DNA of 64,000 bases from an uncultured Chitinophaga sp. GTDB taxonomy: Bacteria > Bacteroidota > Bacteroidia > Chitinophagales > LD1. This document shows positions 53,083 through 61,530 of this stretch, one piece after another. Location: contig CAZBPG010000001.1 of assembly GCA_964493695.1 (NCBI GenBank), positions 71,645 to 135,644 of the forward strand. The letters run 5' to 3'. The position numbers were made by a program, and so were the translations under genes. A model generated the notes under the pieces. The model had not been told where the DNA came from, searched no databases, and was given only the letters and a program-made list of their open reading frames with translations. Numbering within the stretch: the first letter of the stretch is position 1; the number at the start of each line of letters is the position of its first letter.

Positions 53083-53685
53083 GTGAAAGCCCAAAGCTCA
53101 AAGCCCAAAGCCCAAATAAAACCCGTTTCGCGTTTTTTATTTTGCTTTTGCCTTTTGCCTTTTGCGCTTTGCCTTTTACTCTCCTCCTGCAAAAACTCTC
53201 TTGAAGAAGCCAGGCTGATTGTATCGCGCGCTAACGTGAATATTGAAAAGGGCAAAGATGTAGAAATCAATTATTCGGATAATGGGGTGGTGCGCATTAA
53301 AGCATCGGGCCCTACGGCTACCCGGTTTAATTCCGAAAAACCTTACCTCGAATTTTCGGACGGCATAAAGATTCTCTTTTACAATGCTGCTCACCAAATA
53401 GAAAGCACGCTCACCGCAAAACATGCTACTGCGGTAGAAAACAGCCATTCCATGACGGCCCGCGACAGTGTGGTGGTGGTAAACGACAAAGGCGATGTAT
53501 TGAACACGGATGAGTTGATTTGGGATGAGGAGAAAAAAATAATTTACAGCAACTCGTTTGTAAAAATCTCTACTGACGATGAAATTATTTACGGTAACGG
53601 CATGATTGCCAACGAAAATTTTTCCGACTACACCATTAAGCACATTACCGGAAAGATTAAAGTGAAAACAAGTGAGCTGGAGTAG
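53083..53685 (+). CDS. lptC: LptC-like LPS export periplasmic protein (lipoprotein form)
   Basis: 200 aa with a lipobox (LSSC) and OstA/LptC-like beta-jellyroll repeats (LEFSDGIKILFYN...DELIWDEEKKIIYSNSFVKI). Confidence 0.65.
   Translation: MKAQSSKPKAQIKPVSRFLFCFCLLPFALCLLLSSCKNSLEEARLIVSRANVNIEKGKDVEINYSDNGVVRIKASGPTATRFNSEKPYLEFSDGIKILFYNAAHQIESTLTAKHATAVENSHSMTARDSVVVVNDKGDVLNTDELIWDEEKKIIYSNSFVKISTDDEIIYGNGMIANENFSDYTIKHITGKIKVKTSELE
53086..53177. repeat. Two-armed heptamer element at the OMP / lptC-like junction
   Basis: (AAAGCCC)x4 at 53086-53120 and (TTTTGCC)x5 at 53140-53177. Confidence 0.9.
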
Positions 53686-53728
53686 GGCAGATTACAAGTC
53701 TACAACTGCCTATTAGTTCCGTAGCTGG

Positions 53729-53756
53729 CGCAGGGTCGTCTGCGACAGACCCTGCG
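53729..53756. repeat. CGCAGGGTC ... GACCCTGCG hairpin repeat
   Basis: 9-bp stem. The same stem sequence occurs at 18137-18164, with a related stem at 54810-54857. Confidence 0.8.
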
Positions 53757-53761
53757 GGGAA

Positions 53762-53806
53762 TTAATCGCCCGATTTAATTATACGGTTGTGCAGGTGTAT
53801 AGCCAT
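53762..53806 (-). pseudogene. 14-codon 5' remnant (MAIHLHNRIIKSGD*) of a paralogue of the 18929-19375 gene
   Basis: Aligns to MAIYFHNTLLPSGDY of the intact copy. It lies inside the duplicated divergent-promoter block and is followed 5 nt later by a CGCAGGGTC hairpin repeat. Confidence 0.6.
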
Positions 53807-53897
53807 AGCGTTTTGTTTACAGCCAAGATAAAAACAAAAAAACGGAAGGGTGGGGCTTTTACTTACTTTTATGAAAAGGGATTTTATGAGGAAGGTT
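53762..53897. repeat. Duplicated divergent-promoter/leader block, copy 2
   Basis: See copy 1. It includes the truncated 14-codon remnant and the 5' leader of the second T9SS gene. Confidence 0.85.
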
Positions 53898-54788
53898 TGC
53901 CTTTTTCTGTTGGTAGGGTTCTTATGGTTGAAGGGCTCTTCTCAACCAGAGAAGAAGTTTGCTGATTCCACCTCACAATGGACTGTTTTGGCAAGCGGTT
54001 GGAGTTTTGACTGGGGGGCTTATCAATACAGACTTTTCTATTCAGTTACAGGAAATACAATTATTAGTAACCGCGAATACCAAGTAATTAGCGAATCTAC
54101 AGATAATACACGGACAAGATTTATCAGAATGGATTCATTAGGTAGAGTTTGGATGCTTATCCCTAACGATACATTTGAATACCCGCTTTACGATTTTCAA
54201 AAAATTTCGGGAGATACTTTTTATTCTACCGTAGATGAATTTGTTAATTGGAAAGATTCCTTGTGTGTTATTGTTGACTCAGTTGATTCCCTGTATTTAG
54301 ATAAGTGGAGGGCAAGGATGTTTGTACACGGTCAAACATTGCATAATAGCGGTTGTCAATGTCAGAATGATGTATTGGTTGAAGGTATAGGCTCTCTAAA
54401 CAAATACTTGTTTGGTCCTTTATGTAATCTGGCATCTACCGATGACGTAACCTTTGATCTACTCTGTTATCAAGAGCATGGTCAGTTACTTTATGTGAAC
54501 CCAATGCACAACAACTGCATATTAGGGATTGAGAATGATGGAGTAGAATATGGTTTTCAAATTTTCCCCAACCCCTCCACCACCTCCTTCACCCTCCAAC
54601 TCTCTTCACCTCTCACCGCACAAACCTATTTTCAACTTTACGATGCACTCGGCCGACCGGTGATGCGCGAAACGGTAAATACTGAAACCACCACCCTGCA
54701 ACGCGGCAACCTGCCCACCGGTATTTACTTTTGGCAGTTGGTGCAAGGCAATAAAATATTGGGGAGAGGGAAGGTGGTGATGGAGTAA
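53886..54788 (+). CDS. Secreted protein with T9SS C-terminal sorting domain (paralogue of 19460-20335)
   Basis: Signal peptide MRKVCLFLLVGFLWLKGSSQ. The CTD IFPNPSTTSFTLQL...GIYFWQL is nearly identical at the nucleotide level to the other copy. Confidence 0.8.
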   Translation: MRKVCLFLLVGFLWLKGSSQPEKKFADSTSQWTVLASGWSFDWGAYQYRLFYSVTGNTIISNREYQVISESTDNTRTRFIRMDSLGRVWMLIPNDTFEYPLYDFQKISGDTFYSTVDEFVNWKDSLCVIVDSVDSLYLDKWRARMFVHGQTLHNSGCQCQNDVLVEGIGSLNKYLFGPLCNLASTDDVTFDLLCYQEHGQLLYVNPMHNNCILGIENDGVEYGFQIFPNPSTTSFTLQLSSPLTAQTYFQLYDALGRPVMRETVNTETTTLQRGNLPTGIYFWQLVQGNKILGRGKVVME

Positions 54789-54809
54789 AAAGGGTAATAG
54801 TTCCCTTCC

Positions 54810-54865
54810 CCGCAGGGTGTTCCTGCTGCATTGTTTTTTGCGTTGGGCACCCTGCGGTTTTATTT
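54810..54865 (+). terminator. Hairpin CCGCAGGGTG ... CACCCTGCGG followed by ttttatttt, after the second T9SS gene
   Basis: 10-bp stem, 28-nt loop and a T-run. It belongs to the CGCAGGGT repeat family. Confidence 0.6.
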
Positions 54866-54949
54866 TAAAGTCACCGCAAAGCCGGAAGACCCTATTGCGA
54901 AGAAACAAATTTGTTTTGGTAATAGGGCAACAGCACGAACACAAAATAA

Positions 54950-54979
54950 AAAATCTGCTCCCAAGCAGGAGCAGATTTT
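54950..54979. terminator. Rho-independent terminator downstream of the MORN gene (bidirectional geometry)
   Basis: AAAATCTGCTCC caagca GGAGCAGATTTT. The 12-bp stem was checked base by base. Confidence 0.8.
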
Positions 54980-55001
54980 ATTGTAGTTGCTGAGCTCGTA
55001 C

Positions 55002-55811
55002 TTATTGTTCGCCCCCGTTGGCGTAAGCTACCATTTTCTCTTTACCGTTTGCAGAGACTAAAGTTCCCTGCCCGTAACGAACATTGTTGGTCCATGTGCC
55101 GGTGTATTTTTCACCGTCTGCCCATACAAAGCTTCCAAAGCCGTGCATTTGCCCGTTCAGAAATTCGCCTTCGTACCGGTCACCGTTATCCCAGGTATAG
55201 GTTCCTGTACCTGTGCGGGCATTGTTTTTAAACTCGCCCACATACCGGTCGCCACTTGGCATGGTCAATTTGCCAAAACCTTCTTTTTTATCAGCTATAA
55301 AATAGCCGTCATAAACGTTTCCGTTTTTATAATAGTAAACTCCTTTGCCTGTTTTTCTTCCATTTACAAAGCTACCTTCGTAAAGTTCCCCTGCAGCATA
55401 GTGCAGTGTACCGGTACCGGTAACCACCCCGCTTACAAACTCTCCCACATATTTGTTACCGTTAGCATACTGATATGTTCCCCAACCGTTCATTTCATCG
55501 TTTACAAACTGACCGATGTACCGGTCTCCGTTTGCAAACTCATAGTTGCCGCGACCCTGACGTTTGTCATCTCTCCAATCACCGTAATAGGAAGAGCCGT
55601 CTTTAAAGATTGCCCTGCCCACACCATTGCGCATGTCGTTTGACCACATGCCGTCATACAAAGAACCATCGTAGTAAATAGCCTGACCCTGTCCGTGTTT
55701 TTTTCCGTTTTTGGTTTCTCCGGTGTATTTGCCATTAATGTATTCTGCCGACTGCGCTTGAATGCAGCAGAAAAAAGAAACCAGAAAGAGGGAGAGTAAA
55801 AAGGCTTTCAT
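55002..55811 (-). CDS. Secreted MORN-repeat protein
   Basis: 269 aa with a signal peptide and about 10 tandem 23-aa MORN units (Y.G....G...G.G......G..Y.G.W). Confidence 0.85.
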   Translation of the reverse strand: MKAFLLSLFLVSFFCCIQAQSAEYINGKYTGETKNGKKHGQGQAIYYDGSLYDGMWSNDMRNGVGRAIFKDGSSYYGDWRDDKRQGRGNYEFANGDRYIGQFVNDEMNGWGTYQYANGNKYVGEFVSGVVTGTGTLHYAAGELYEGSFVNGRKTGKGVYYYKNGNVYDGYFIADKKEGFGKLTMPSGDRYVGEFKNNARTGTGTYTWDNGDRYEGEFLNGQMHGFGSFVWADGEKYTGTWTNNVRYGQGTLVSANGKEKMVAYANGGEQ

Positions 55812-55969
55812 ACTTCTTCGCTTATCATTAACTACAGGTTATTCCTCTACTCTAGCTATACGCGGGTGTATTCTAAAAGTTATTACTTGTAGGCTGTTTG
55901 TTGAAAGCTACAGTTTGTAATCATCATAAAAGAAACAACTTAGCGTTGATATAAGTCAAAAAGCCATAC

Positions 55970-57469
55970 GTGAATCCTATAAAAAAGCTAGCGTCACAAA
56001 CCGCTATCTACGGTTTGAGCAGTATTATCGGAAGGTTTCTGAATTACCTGCTGGTGCCGCTTTACACGTACACTTTCGGTAAAGCGGAGTATGGAATTGT
56101 TAGTGAGTTTTATGCTTATGCCGGGTTTCTTGGAACATTACTGGTGTTTGGATTTGAAACGGGCTTCTTCCGGTTTAGCCAGGAAGAGGCTAACAAAGAG
56201 AAAGTTTATTCCACAGCACTCAATTTTGTTTTGATTGCCAACCTTGTTTTCATTCTGCTGATTGCTGTTTTTATCTCTCCTGTTTCATCCGCACTTCTCT
56301 ACGCTAACCACCACGAATATTTTTACTGGTTCGCCCTTATTCTGGTCTTCGACTCTGTAGCATCTATTCCGTTTGCGCGCCTGCGGTCAGAAAACAGAGC
56401 CTTACAGTTTGTGGTTGTAAAACTTATTGAAATTGGTTTTATCGTTCTGCTCAGTCTTTTCTTCCTGCTGGTTTGTAAACCGGCCTTCGAGGCAGATGCC
56501 AACTCATTCTTCGGCAAACTCTACAATCCCGAAATAGGTGTTGGTTACATTTTTATTGCAAACCTGATAGCAAGCGCGGTAAAGATGTTATTGCTCTCAC
56601 CGCAATTGAAAGGAGTATTGGGCGGAATAGATACAGCACTTTTAAAAAAGATGCTCGCCTATTCGCTGCCGATGGTGATTATCGGTTTTGCAGGAATCAT
56701 CAACGAAATGCTCGACCGGGTTATACTTAAGTTTCTCCTTCCGTTTGATGCACATACAAACATGGAGCAATTGGGCATCTACGGAGCCTGCTACAAACTC
56801 TCTATTGTGATGACACTGTTTATTCAGGCCTTCCGCTATGCGGCAGAGCCGTTTTTCTTCGCACATGCCAAAGAGAAAAACTCAACTAAAGTTTACGCAG
56901 ATGTTATGAAATACTTTGTAATTGTTTGTGTTTCTATTTTTATGCTGGTAACACTTTACATCGATGCTTTCCAATATTTTATCGGCAAAGATTTCCGTGT
57001 TGGTTTACCGGTGGTGCCTATTTTACTGATGGCGAATTTGTTTTTGGGCGTGTATGTCAATCTTTCTATTTGGTATAAACTGAAAGACAAAACTTTGCTG
57101 GGTTCGTTTGTCTCTATCGGAGGAGCAGTGCTTACGCTTGTTTTAAATGTTGCGTTCATTCCGAAATACGGCTACATGGCAAGTGCTTGGGCAACGCTTG
57201 CGTGTTATGCGGGCATGGCCACTGTTTCTTATTTGCTCGGCCAGAAGTATTATCCGGTTGAATACGATTTAAAGAGTTTCTTCAAATACTTTTTCATCGC
57301 ATTGCTTTTCTATTTCTCATTTACGATGATGAACGAACATTTACCGGTGACGAAGCAATTGCCTCCGTTTGTTTTAAGCAGCGTTTTTATGCTTGCGTTT
57401 TTAATTTTTGCTTGGTTTGAAGACGGAAGGAAACTCCTCAGTCGCGTTAAATCATCTGCCTCTATCTAA
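55970..57469 (+). CDS. MOP-superfamily oligosaccharide/polysaccharide flippase (Wzx/MurJ-like)
   Basis: 499 aa, about 14 TM. The N-terminus ([29 protein letters not shown]) is typical of this family. Confidence 0.75.
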   Translation: MNPIKKLASQTAIYGLSSIIGRFLNYLLVPLYTYTFGKAEYGIVSEFYAYAGFLGTLLVFGFETGFFRFSQEEANKEKVYSTALNFVLIANLVFILLIAVFISPVSSALLYANHHEYFYWFALILVFDSVASIPFARLRSENRALQFVVVKLIEIGFIVLLSLFFLLVCKPAFEADANSFFGKLYNPEIGVGYIFIANLIASAVKMLLLSPQLKGVLGGIDTALLKKMLAYSLPMVIIGFAGIINEMLDRVILKFLLPFDAHTNMEQLGIYGACYKLSIVMTLFIQAFRYAAEPFFFAHAKEKNSTKVYADVMKYFVIVCVSIFMLVTLYIDAFQYFIGKDFRVGLPVVPILLMANLFLGVYVNLSIWYKLKDKTLLGSFVSIGGAVLTLVLNVAFIPKYGYMASAWATLACYAGMATVSYLLGQKYYPVEYDLKSFFKYFFIALLFYFSFTMMNEHLPVTKQLPPFVLSSVFMLAFLIFAWFEDGRKLLSRVKSSASI

Positions 57470-57488
57470 ATTTTATATTTGCGCCCTT

Positions 57489-57920
57489 ATGCAAATCCGC
57501 ATCATCAACAAAAGCAACAACCCTTTGCCCGCTTATGAAACGAGTGGTTCGGCAGGCATGGATTTGCGCGCCTTTATTGAAGAAGAAATTGTGCTGAAGC
57601 CGCTGGAACGCAAATTAGTGCCCACCGGTTTATTCATTGAATTGCCCACCGGTTATGAAGCTCAGCTTCGCCCGCGAAGCGGATTGGCATTTAAACACGG
57701 AATAAGCCTGCCTAATACTCCGGCAACTATTGACAGCGATTATCGCGGGGAGATAAAAATCGCCCTCATCAATTTAAGCAACGAAACTTTTATAGTGAAG
57801 AGCGGTGAGCGCATTGCACAAATGATAATTGCCAAACACGAACAGGCAGAATTTATTCAGGTAGAAACTTTAAACGAAACACAGCGCGGTGAAGGCGGCT
57901 TTGGCTCAACAGGAAAATAA
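57489..57920 (+). CDS. dut: dUTP diphosphatase
   Basis: It has the motifs [23 protein letters not shown] and a C-terminal [10 protein letters not shown]. The start is moved to MQIRIINK. Confidence 0.95.
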   Translation: MQIRIINKSNNPLPAYETSGSAGMDLRAFIEEEIVLKPLERKLVPTGLFIELPTGYEAQLRPRSGLAFKHGISLPNTPATIDSDYRGEIKIALINLSNETFIVKSGERIAQMIIAKHEQAEFIQVETLNETQRGEGGFGSTGK

Positions 57921-57931
57921 ACAGCATAGAA

Positions 57932-58939
57932 ATGAGAATCATTATCCCTATGGCGGGTTGGGGAAGCCGCTTAAGACCACACACACTTACTATTCCCAAA
58001 CCGATGTTGCCGATAGCCGGCAAGCCGATTGTAGAAAGACTGGTAAATGATTTAATCAAAAGCACCGATGAGAAAATTGAAGACATCGTTTTCATTATCC
58101 GTGAGGACTTTGGTAAGGCTGTTGAAGAAAAATTATTGCAGATAGCAAAGGCTGCCGGTGTGCCGGGCACCATAAAATATCAGGATGTTCCGCTGGGAAC
58201 AGCTCACGCTATTTTATGTGCGGGCGACTTTCTGCAAGGTAACCTGATTGTTGCTTTTGCCGATACCCTTTTCCGTGCCGATTACAAAATTGACACTTCG
58301 AAAGACGGCATTATCTGGGTTCAGAAAGTGGAAGACCCTTCAGCATTCGGTGTAGTGAAGATGAATGCGGACGGAGTAATTACAGATTTTGTGGAGAAGC
58401 CGAAGGAATATGTTTCTGACCTTGCCATCATCGGTATTTATTATTTTAAAGACGGAAAATATCTGCGCGATGAAATGCAGTACCTGCTCGACAACAACAT
58501 CCAGAAGGGCGGTGAGTTCTGGCTGACTGATGCTATGGAAAACATGAAGAAGAAAGGCTCTAAGTTTTACAAAGGCGAAGTGCTTGAATGGCTTGACTGC
58601 GGAAATAAAGACGCCACGGTTTATACTAATCAACGCATTCTGGAGTTTATAAAGAAAGAAAAACTGGTGAGTGATAAAACCGTTATGGAAAACTCGGTGG
58701 TAGTGCATCCTTGTTATATAGAAGATGATGTGGTGCTGAAAAATTCGGTGGTGGGTCCTTATGTTTCTATAAGTAAAGGAACGGTGATTGAAAACTGCAT
58801 CGTGAAAAACAGCATTATTCAAAGCAAGACAATTCTGAAAAATAAGTTAATTGAAAACTCAATGATTGGGAATAATACTAAACTTGAAGGCAGAATGGAG
58901 GACTTAAGTGTGGGCGATTACAATTCTTTAAAGCAGTAA
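57932..58939 (+). CDS. Sugar-phosphate nucleotidyltransferase with C-terminal left-handed beta-helix
   Basis: 335 aa with the N-terminal motif IIPMAGWGSRLRP...PK and a hexapeptide-like tail. Confidence 0.8.
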   Translation: MRIIIPMAGWGSRLRPHTLTIPKPMLPIAGKPIVERLVNDLIKSTDEKIEDIVFIIREDFGKAVEEKLLQIAKAAGVPGTIKYQDVPLGTAHAILCAGDFLQGNLIVAFADTLFRADYKIDTSKDGIIWVQKVEDPSAFGVVKMNADGVITDFVEKPKEYVSDLAIIGIYYFKDGKYLRDEMQYLLDNNIQKGGEFWLTDAMENMKKKGSKFYKGEVLEWLDCGNKDATVYTNQRILEFIKKEKLVSDKTVMENSVVVHPCYIEDDVVLKNSVVGPYVSISKGTVIENCIVKNSIIQSKTILKNKLIENSMIGNNTKLEGRMEDLSVGDYNSLKQ

Positions 58940-58961
58940 GAAATCTGCGTTCAAATTTTCA

Positions 58962-60722
58962 ATGAAATTTTTCTCAACCATATTATTTTTTCTGTGCCTC
59001 ATAATTTCCTGCGAGGCATTCTCTCAACGGGCATCCGAAAAAGAAAAAAAGAAAAAGAAGAAGGGCGGTGACAAAGAGCAGACTTCTGCGCTGAGCAAAG
59101 CTGACCAGCAAAAGTGCGAGCGTCTTTTTATGGAAGCTGAAAAAGCTAAAGTGACAGAGGACTGGGAAAACGCCATCAAAAATTACAAGGAGGTTTTGGA
59201 GATAGACGATAAAAATGCAAATGCACATTTTCAGCTCGCGCAGATTTATACCAACACAAGCAAACTTGCCGAATCGGAAAAAGAAGCAGCGGAAGCTGCG
59301 CGTCTGGACCCGGGCAATAAGTGGTACCTCGAAATGCTCGCCAGCGTTTACATGAATCAGGGTAAAGCGAAAGAAGCAACCGATGTTTTCAAAACCCTCA
59401 TCACAAAATTTCCGAACACTCCCGAATACTATCTCAACCTCGGTTTTCTGCAATCGAAAGCCGGACAATATGAAGCAGCCATTAAAACTTATGAGCAGTT
59501 TGAAAAGAATTTTGGCTTAGATGAAAACATAGTGATGGAAAAAAAGAATTTGTTTCTGCGCATGAACAAATTCAATGAAGCGGTGAATGAAATCCATAAA
59601 CTGGTGGATGAGTTTCCCGGAGAAACCGATTACCTGATGATGGAAGCTGATTTGTACCGCGCAAACCGGATGAAAGAAAAGGCCACCGAGCTTTACAAAA
59701 AAATTCTGGAGAAAGAACCGGACAATGCCCAGGCTTCGCTGGCCCTTGCTGATTTAGGAATGCAAAGCGGCAACGAACAGCAGAGTTTAGAGAGCATCAA
59801 AAAAGTTTTTGGTAATGAGAAGGTGGATGTGGACACCAAAATCAAAATACTTTTTCCTTACCTGCAATACTGGGATATACAGAAAGACAAAAAGCAGGAT
59901 GCCTTTGACCTTGCAGAAATTTTAACTGCCACTCATCCAAATGAAGCAAAAGGTTTTGCTATTAAAGGCGACCTGTATTACCTCGACAACCAAAGTGAGA
60001 AAGCACTTGAATCATATCTGAAATCGCTTTCGCTGAACAAAGATGTTTTTCAGGTGTGGCAGCAGGTGATGGTGCTTTACAACCAGAACAAAGACTGGAA
60101 AAATTTAGAGAAAACCTGCAACGATGCTATGGAACTGTTTCCTAATCAGGCATTGATTTATTTGTTTAAAGGTGGCGCTGAAGTGCAGAACAAGGAATAC
60201 GAAAAGGCGCTGAAGAGTTTTTCGAGAGGGGAAAAGATGAGCGGAGATAACGACAAAGTACGCGCTCAGTTTCTGGCAAATCTGGGTGATGTGTATCACA
60301 ATCTTAACCGGAGCGGAGAAAGCGACAGCGCTTACGACCGGTCGCTGAAACTGGATCCGGAAAATTCTTATGTGCTGAATAACTACAGTTACTACCTGAG
60401 TTTGCGGAAAGCAAGTTTGGAAAAGGCCAAACAGATGAGCGCGTATGCCAATAAACTGGAACCGGATAACAGTTCTTTCCTCGACACGTATGCCTGGATA
60501 CTTTTTCAACTGAATGATTTTACCGGTGCAAAGGAGTGGCAGGAAAAAGCCATGAAAGCCGGTGGCGATAAAAGCGGAACTATTCTGGAACACTACGGAG
60601 ATATTCTTTTTCAATTAGGCAATAAAGAAGAAGCACTCAAATACTGGAAACAGGCTAAAGAACTCGGCACCGACTCTTCTACCATCGACAAGAAGATTCT
60701 GGACGGGAAGTATATAGAATGA
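58962..60722 (+). CDS. Secreted TPR-repeat protein
   Basis: 586 aa with a signal peptide and many 34-aa TPR-like units. Confidence 0.8.
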   Translation: MKFFSTILFFLCLIISCEAFSQRASEKEKKKKKKGGDKEQTSALSKADQQKCERLFMEAEKAKVTEDWENAIKNYKEVLEIDDKNANAHFQLAQIYTNTSKLAESEKEAAEAARLDPGNKWYLEMLASVYMNQGKAKEATDVFKTLITKFPNTPEYYLNLGFLQSKAGQYEAAIKTYEQFEKNFGLDENIVMEKKNLFLRMNKFNEAVNEIHKLVDEFPGETDYLMMEADLYRANRMKEKATELYKKILEKEPDNAQASLALADLGMQSGNEQQSLESIKKVFGNEKVDVDTKIKILFPYLQYWDIQKDKKQDAFDLAEILTATHPNEAKGFAIKGDLYYLDNQSEKALESYLKSLSLNKDVFQVWQQVMVLYNQNKDWKNLEKTCNDAMELFPNQALIYLFKGGAEVQNKEYEKALKSFSRGEKMSGDNDKVRAQFLANLGDVYHNLNRSGESDSAYDRSLKLDPENSYVLNNYSYYLSLRKASLEKAKQMSAYANKLEPDNSSFLDTYAWILFQLNDFTGAKEWQEKAMKAGGDKSGTILEHYGDILFQLGNKEEALKYWKQAKELGTDSSTIDKKILDGKYIE

Positions 60723-60765
60723 ACACTCCTTCGCCAACAGTAATCTTTGGCACGTTATTTATCCA

Positions 60766-61530
60766 ATGGTTCGCATGAATTTCAGAATAACTTTTCTTTT
60801 TCTGTTTTTATACTCCGGTGCTTTCGCGCAGGATTCTTTGCTGGTGAATTTCGATTCGGTGCTTGCCAAAATTTCTGCTAATCAGATTTCATACAAAACA
60901 CTTTCCGAAAGAACCATCCTCACCTGGGATGATGGCAACACTGCCCAGCAATTCAATGCGGGTATCCGGTTGAAGAGGGATAGTTTGATTTGGATGAGTT
61001 TAGGAATGTTTGGCTTTGAAGGGGCACGCGTGCTTGTCTCGCCTGATTCGTTTCGGCTGGTTAATAAACTAACGAACGAATATATGGTGCGCGATTACAG
61101 TTTTATTCAAAGCTGGATTTTAATGCCGGTGAGTTTTGAAATGCTGCAACAGATAATTGCCGGTGAAAAAATTTCAGTGAATGAAAAAGCAACTTTCGCC
61201 ACCAAAGAAGACAGCAGCTATGTGCTTTATCTCGAATCGGATAAACTGCTGGAGAAAGTGTGGGTGGACACCGTAAGCTACACCATCAAAAAAATTCTGT
61301 TGAAAGACAAGCTGCTGAAGCAGGACATGACGATTACTTTTGACTCGTATAATTCTTTAAACCCCCGCCTGACGGTCGGGCAGGAAAAGCCGTTTAGTTA
61401 TAAGCGAAACATCATCATCCACCGCGATGCGGCAACAATGAAGTTGAGCATGGAGATAACGAAAGCACAGGTTGACGAAGAATTGAGTTTCCCCTTTGAG
61501 GTAAATGAAAAGTATAAACGGGTAGAGTGA
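60766..61530 (+). CDS. DUF4292-like (LolB-fold) outer-membrane-associated protein
   Basis: 254 aa with a signal peptide. Its position between the TPR protein and the M23 peptidase is a common Bacteroidota arrangement. Confidence 0.55.
   Translation: MVRMNFRITFLFLFLYSGAFAQDSLLVNFDSVLAKISANQISYKTLSERTILTWDDGNTAQQFNAGIRLKRDSLIWMSLGMFGFEGARVLVSPDSFRLVNKLTNEYMVRDYSFIQSWILMPVSFEMLQQIIAGEKISVNEKATFATKEDSSYVLYLESDKLLEKVWVDTVSYTIKKILLKDKLLKQDMTITFDSYNSLNPRLTVGQEKPFSYKRNIIIHRDAATMKLSMEITKAQVDEELSFPFEVNEKYKRVE

Noticed and set aside
19460-54788. Diversity-generating retroelement or invertible/shufflon system acting on the two T9SS paralogues
   Set aside because: There is no reverse transcriptase, no template repeat, no recombinase gene and no inverted-repeat boundaries in the window. 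The conserved blocks are direct repeats 34 kb apart flanking essential genes.
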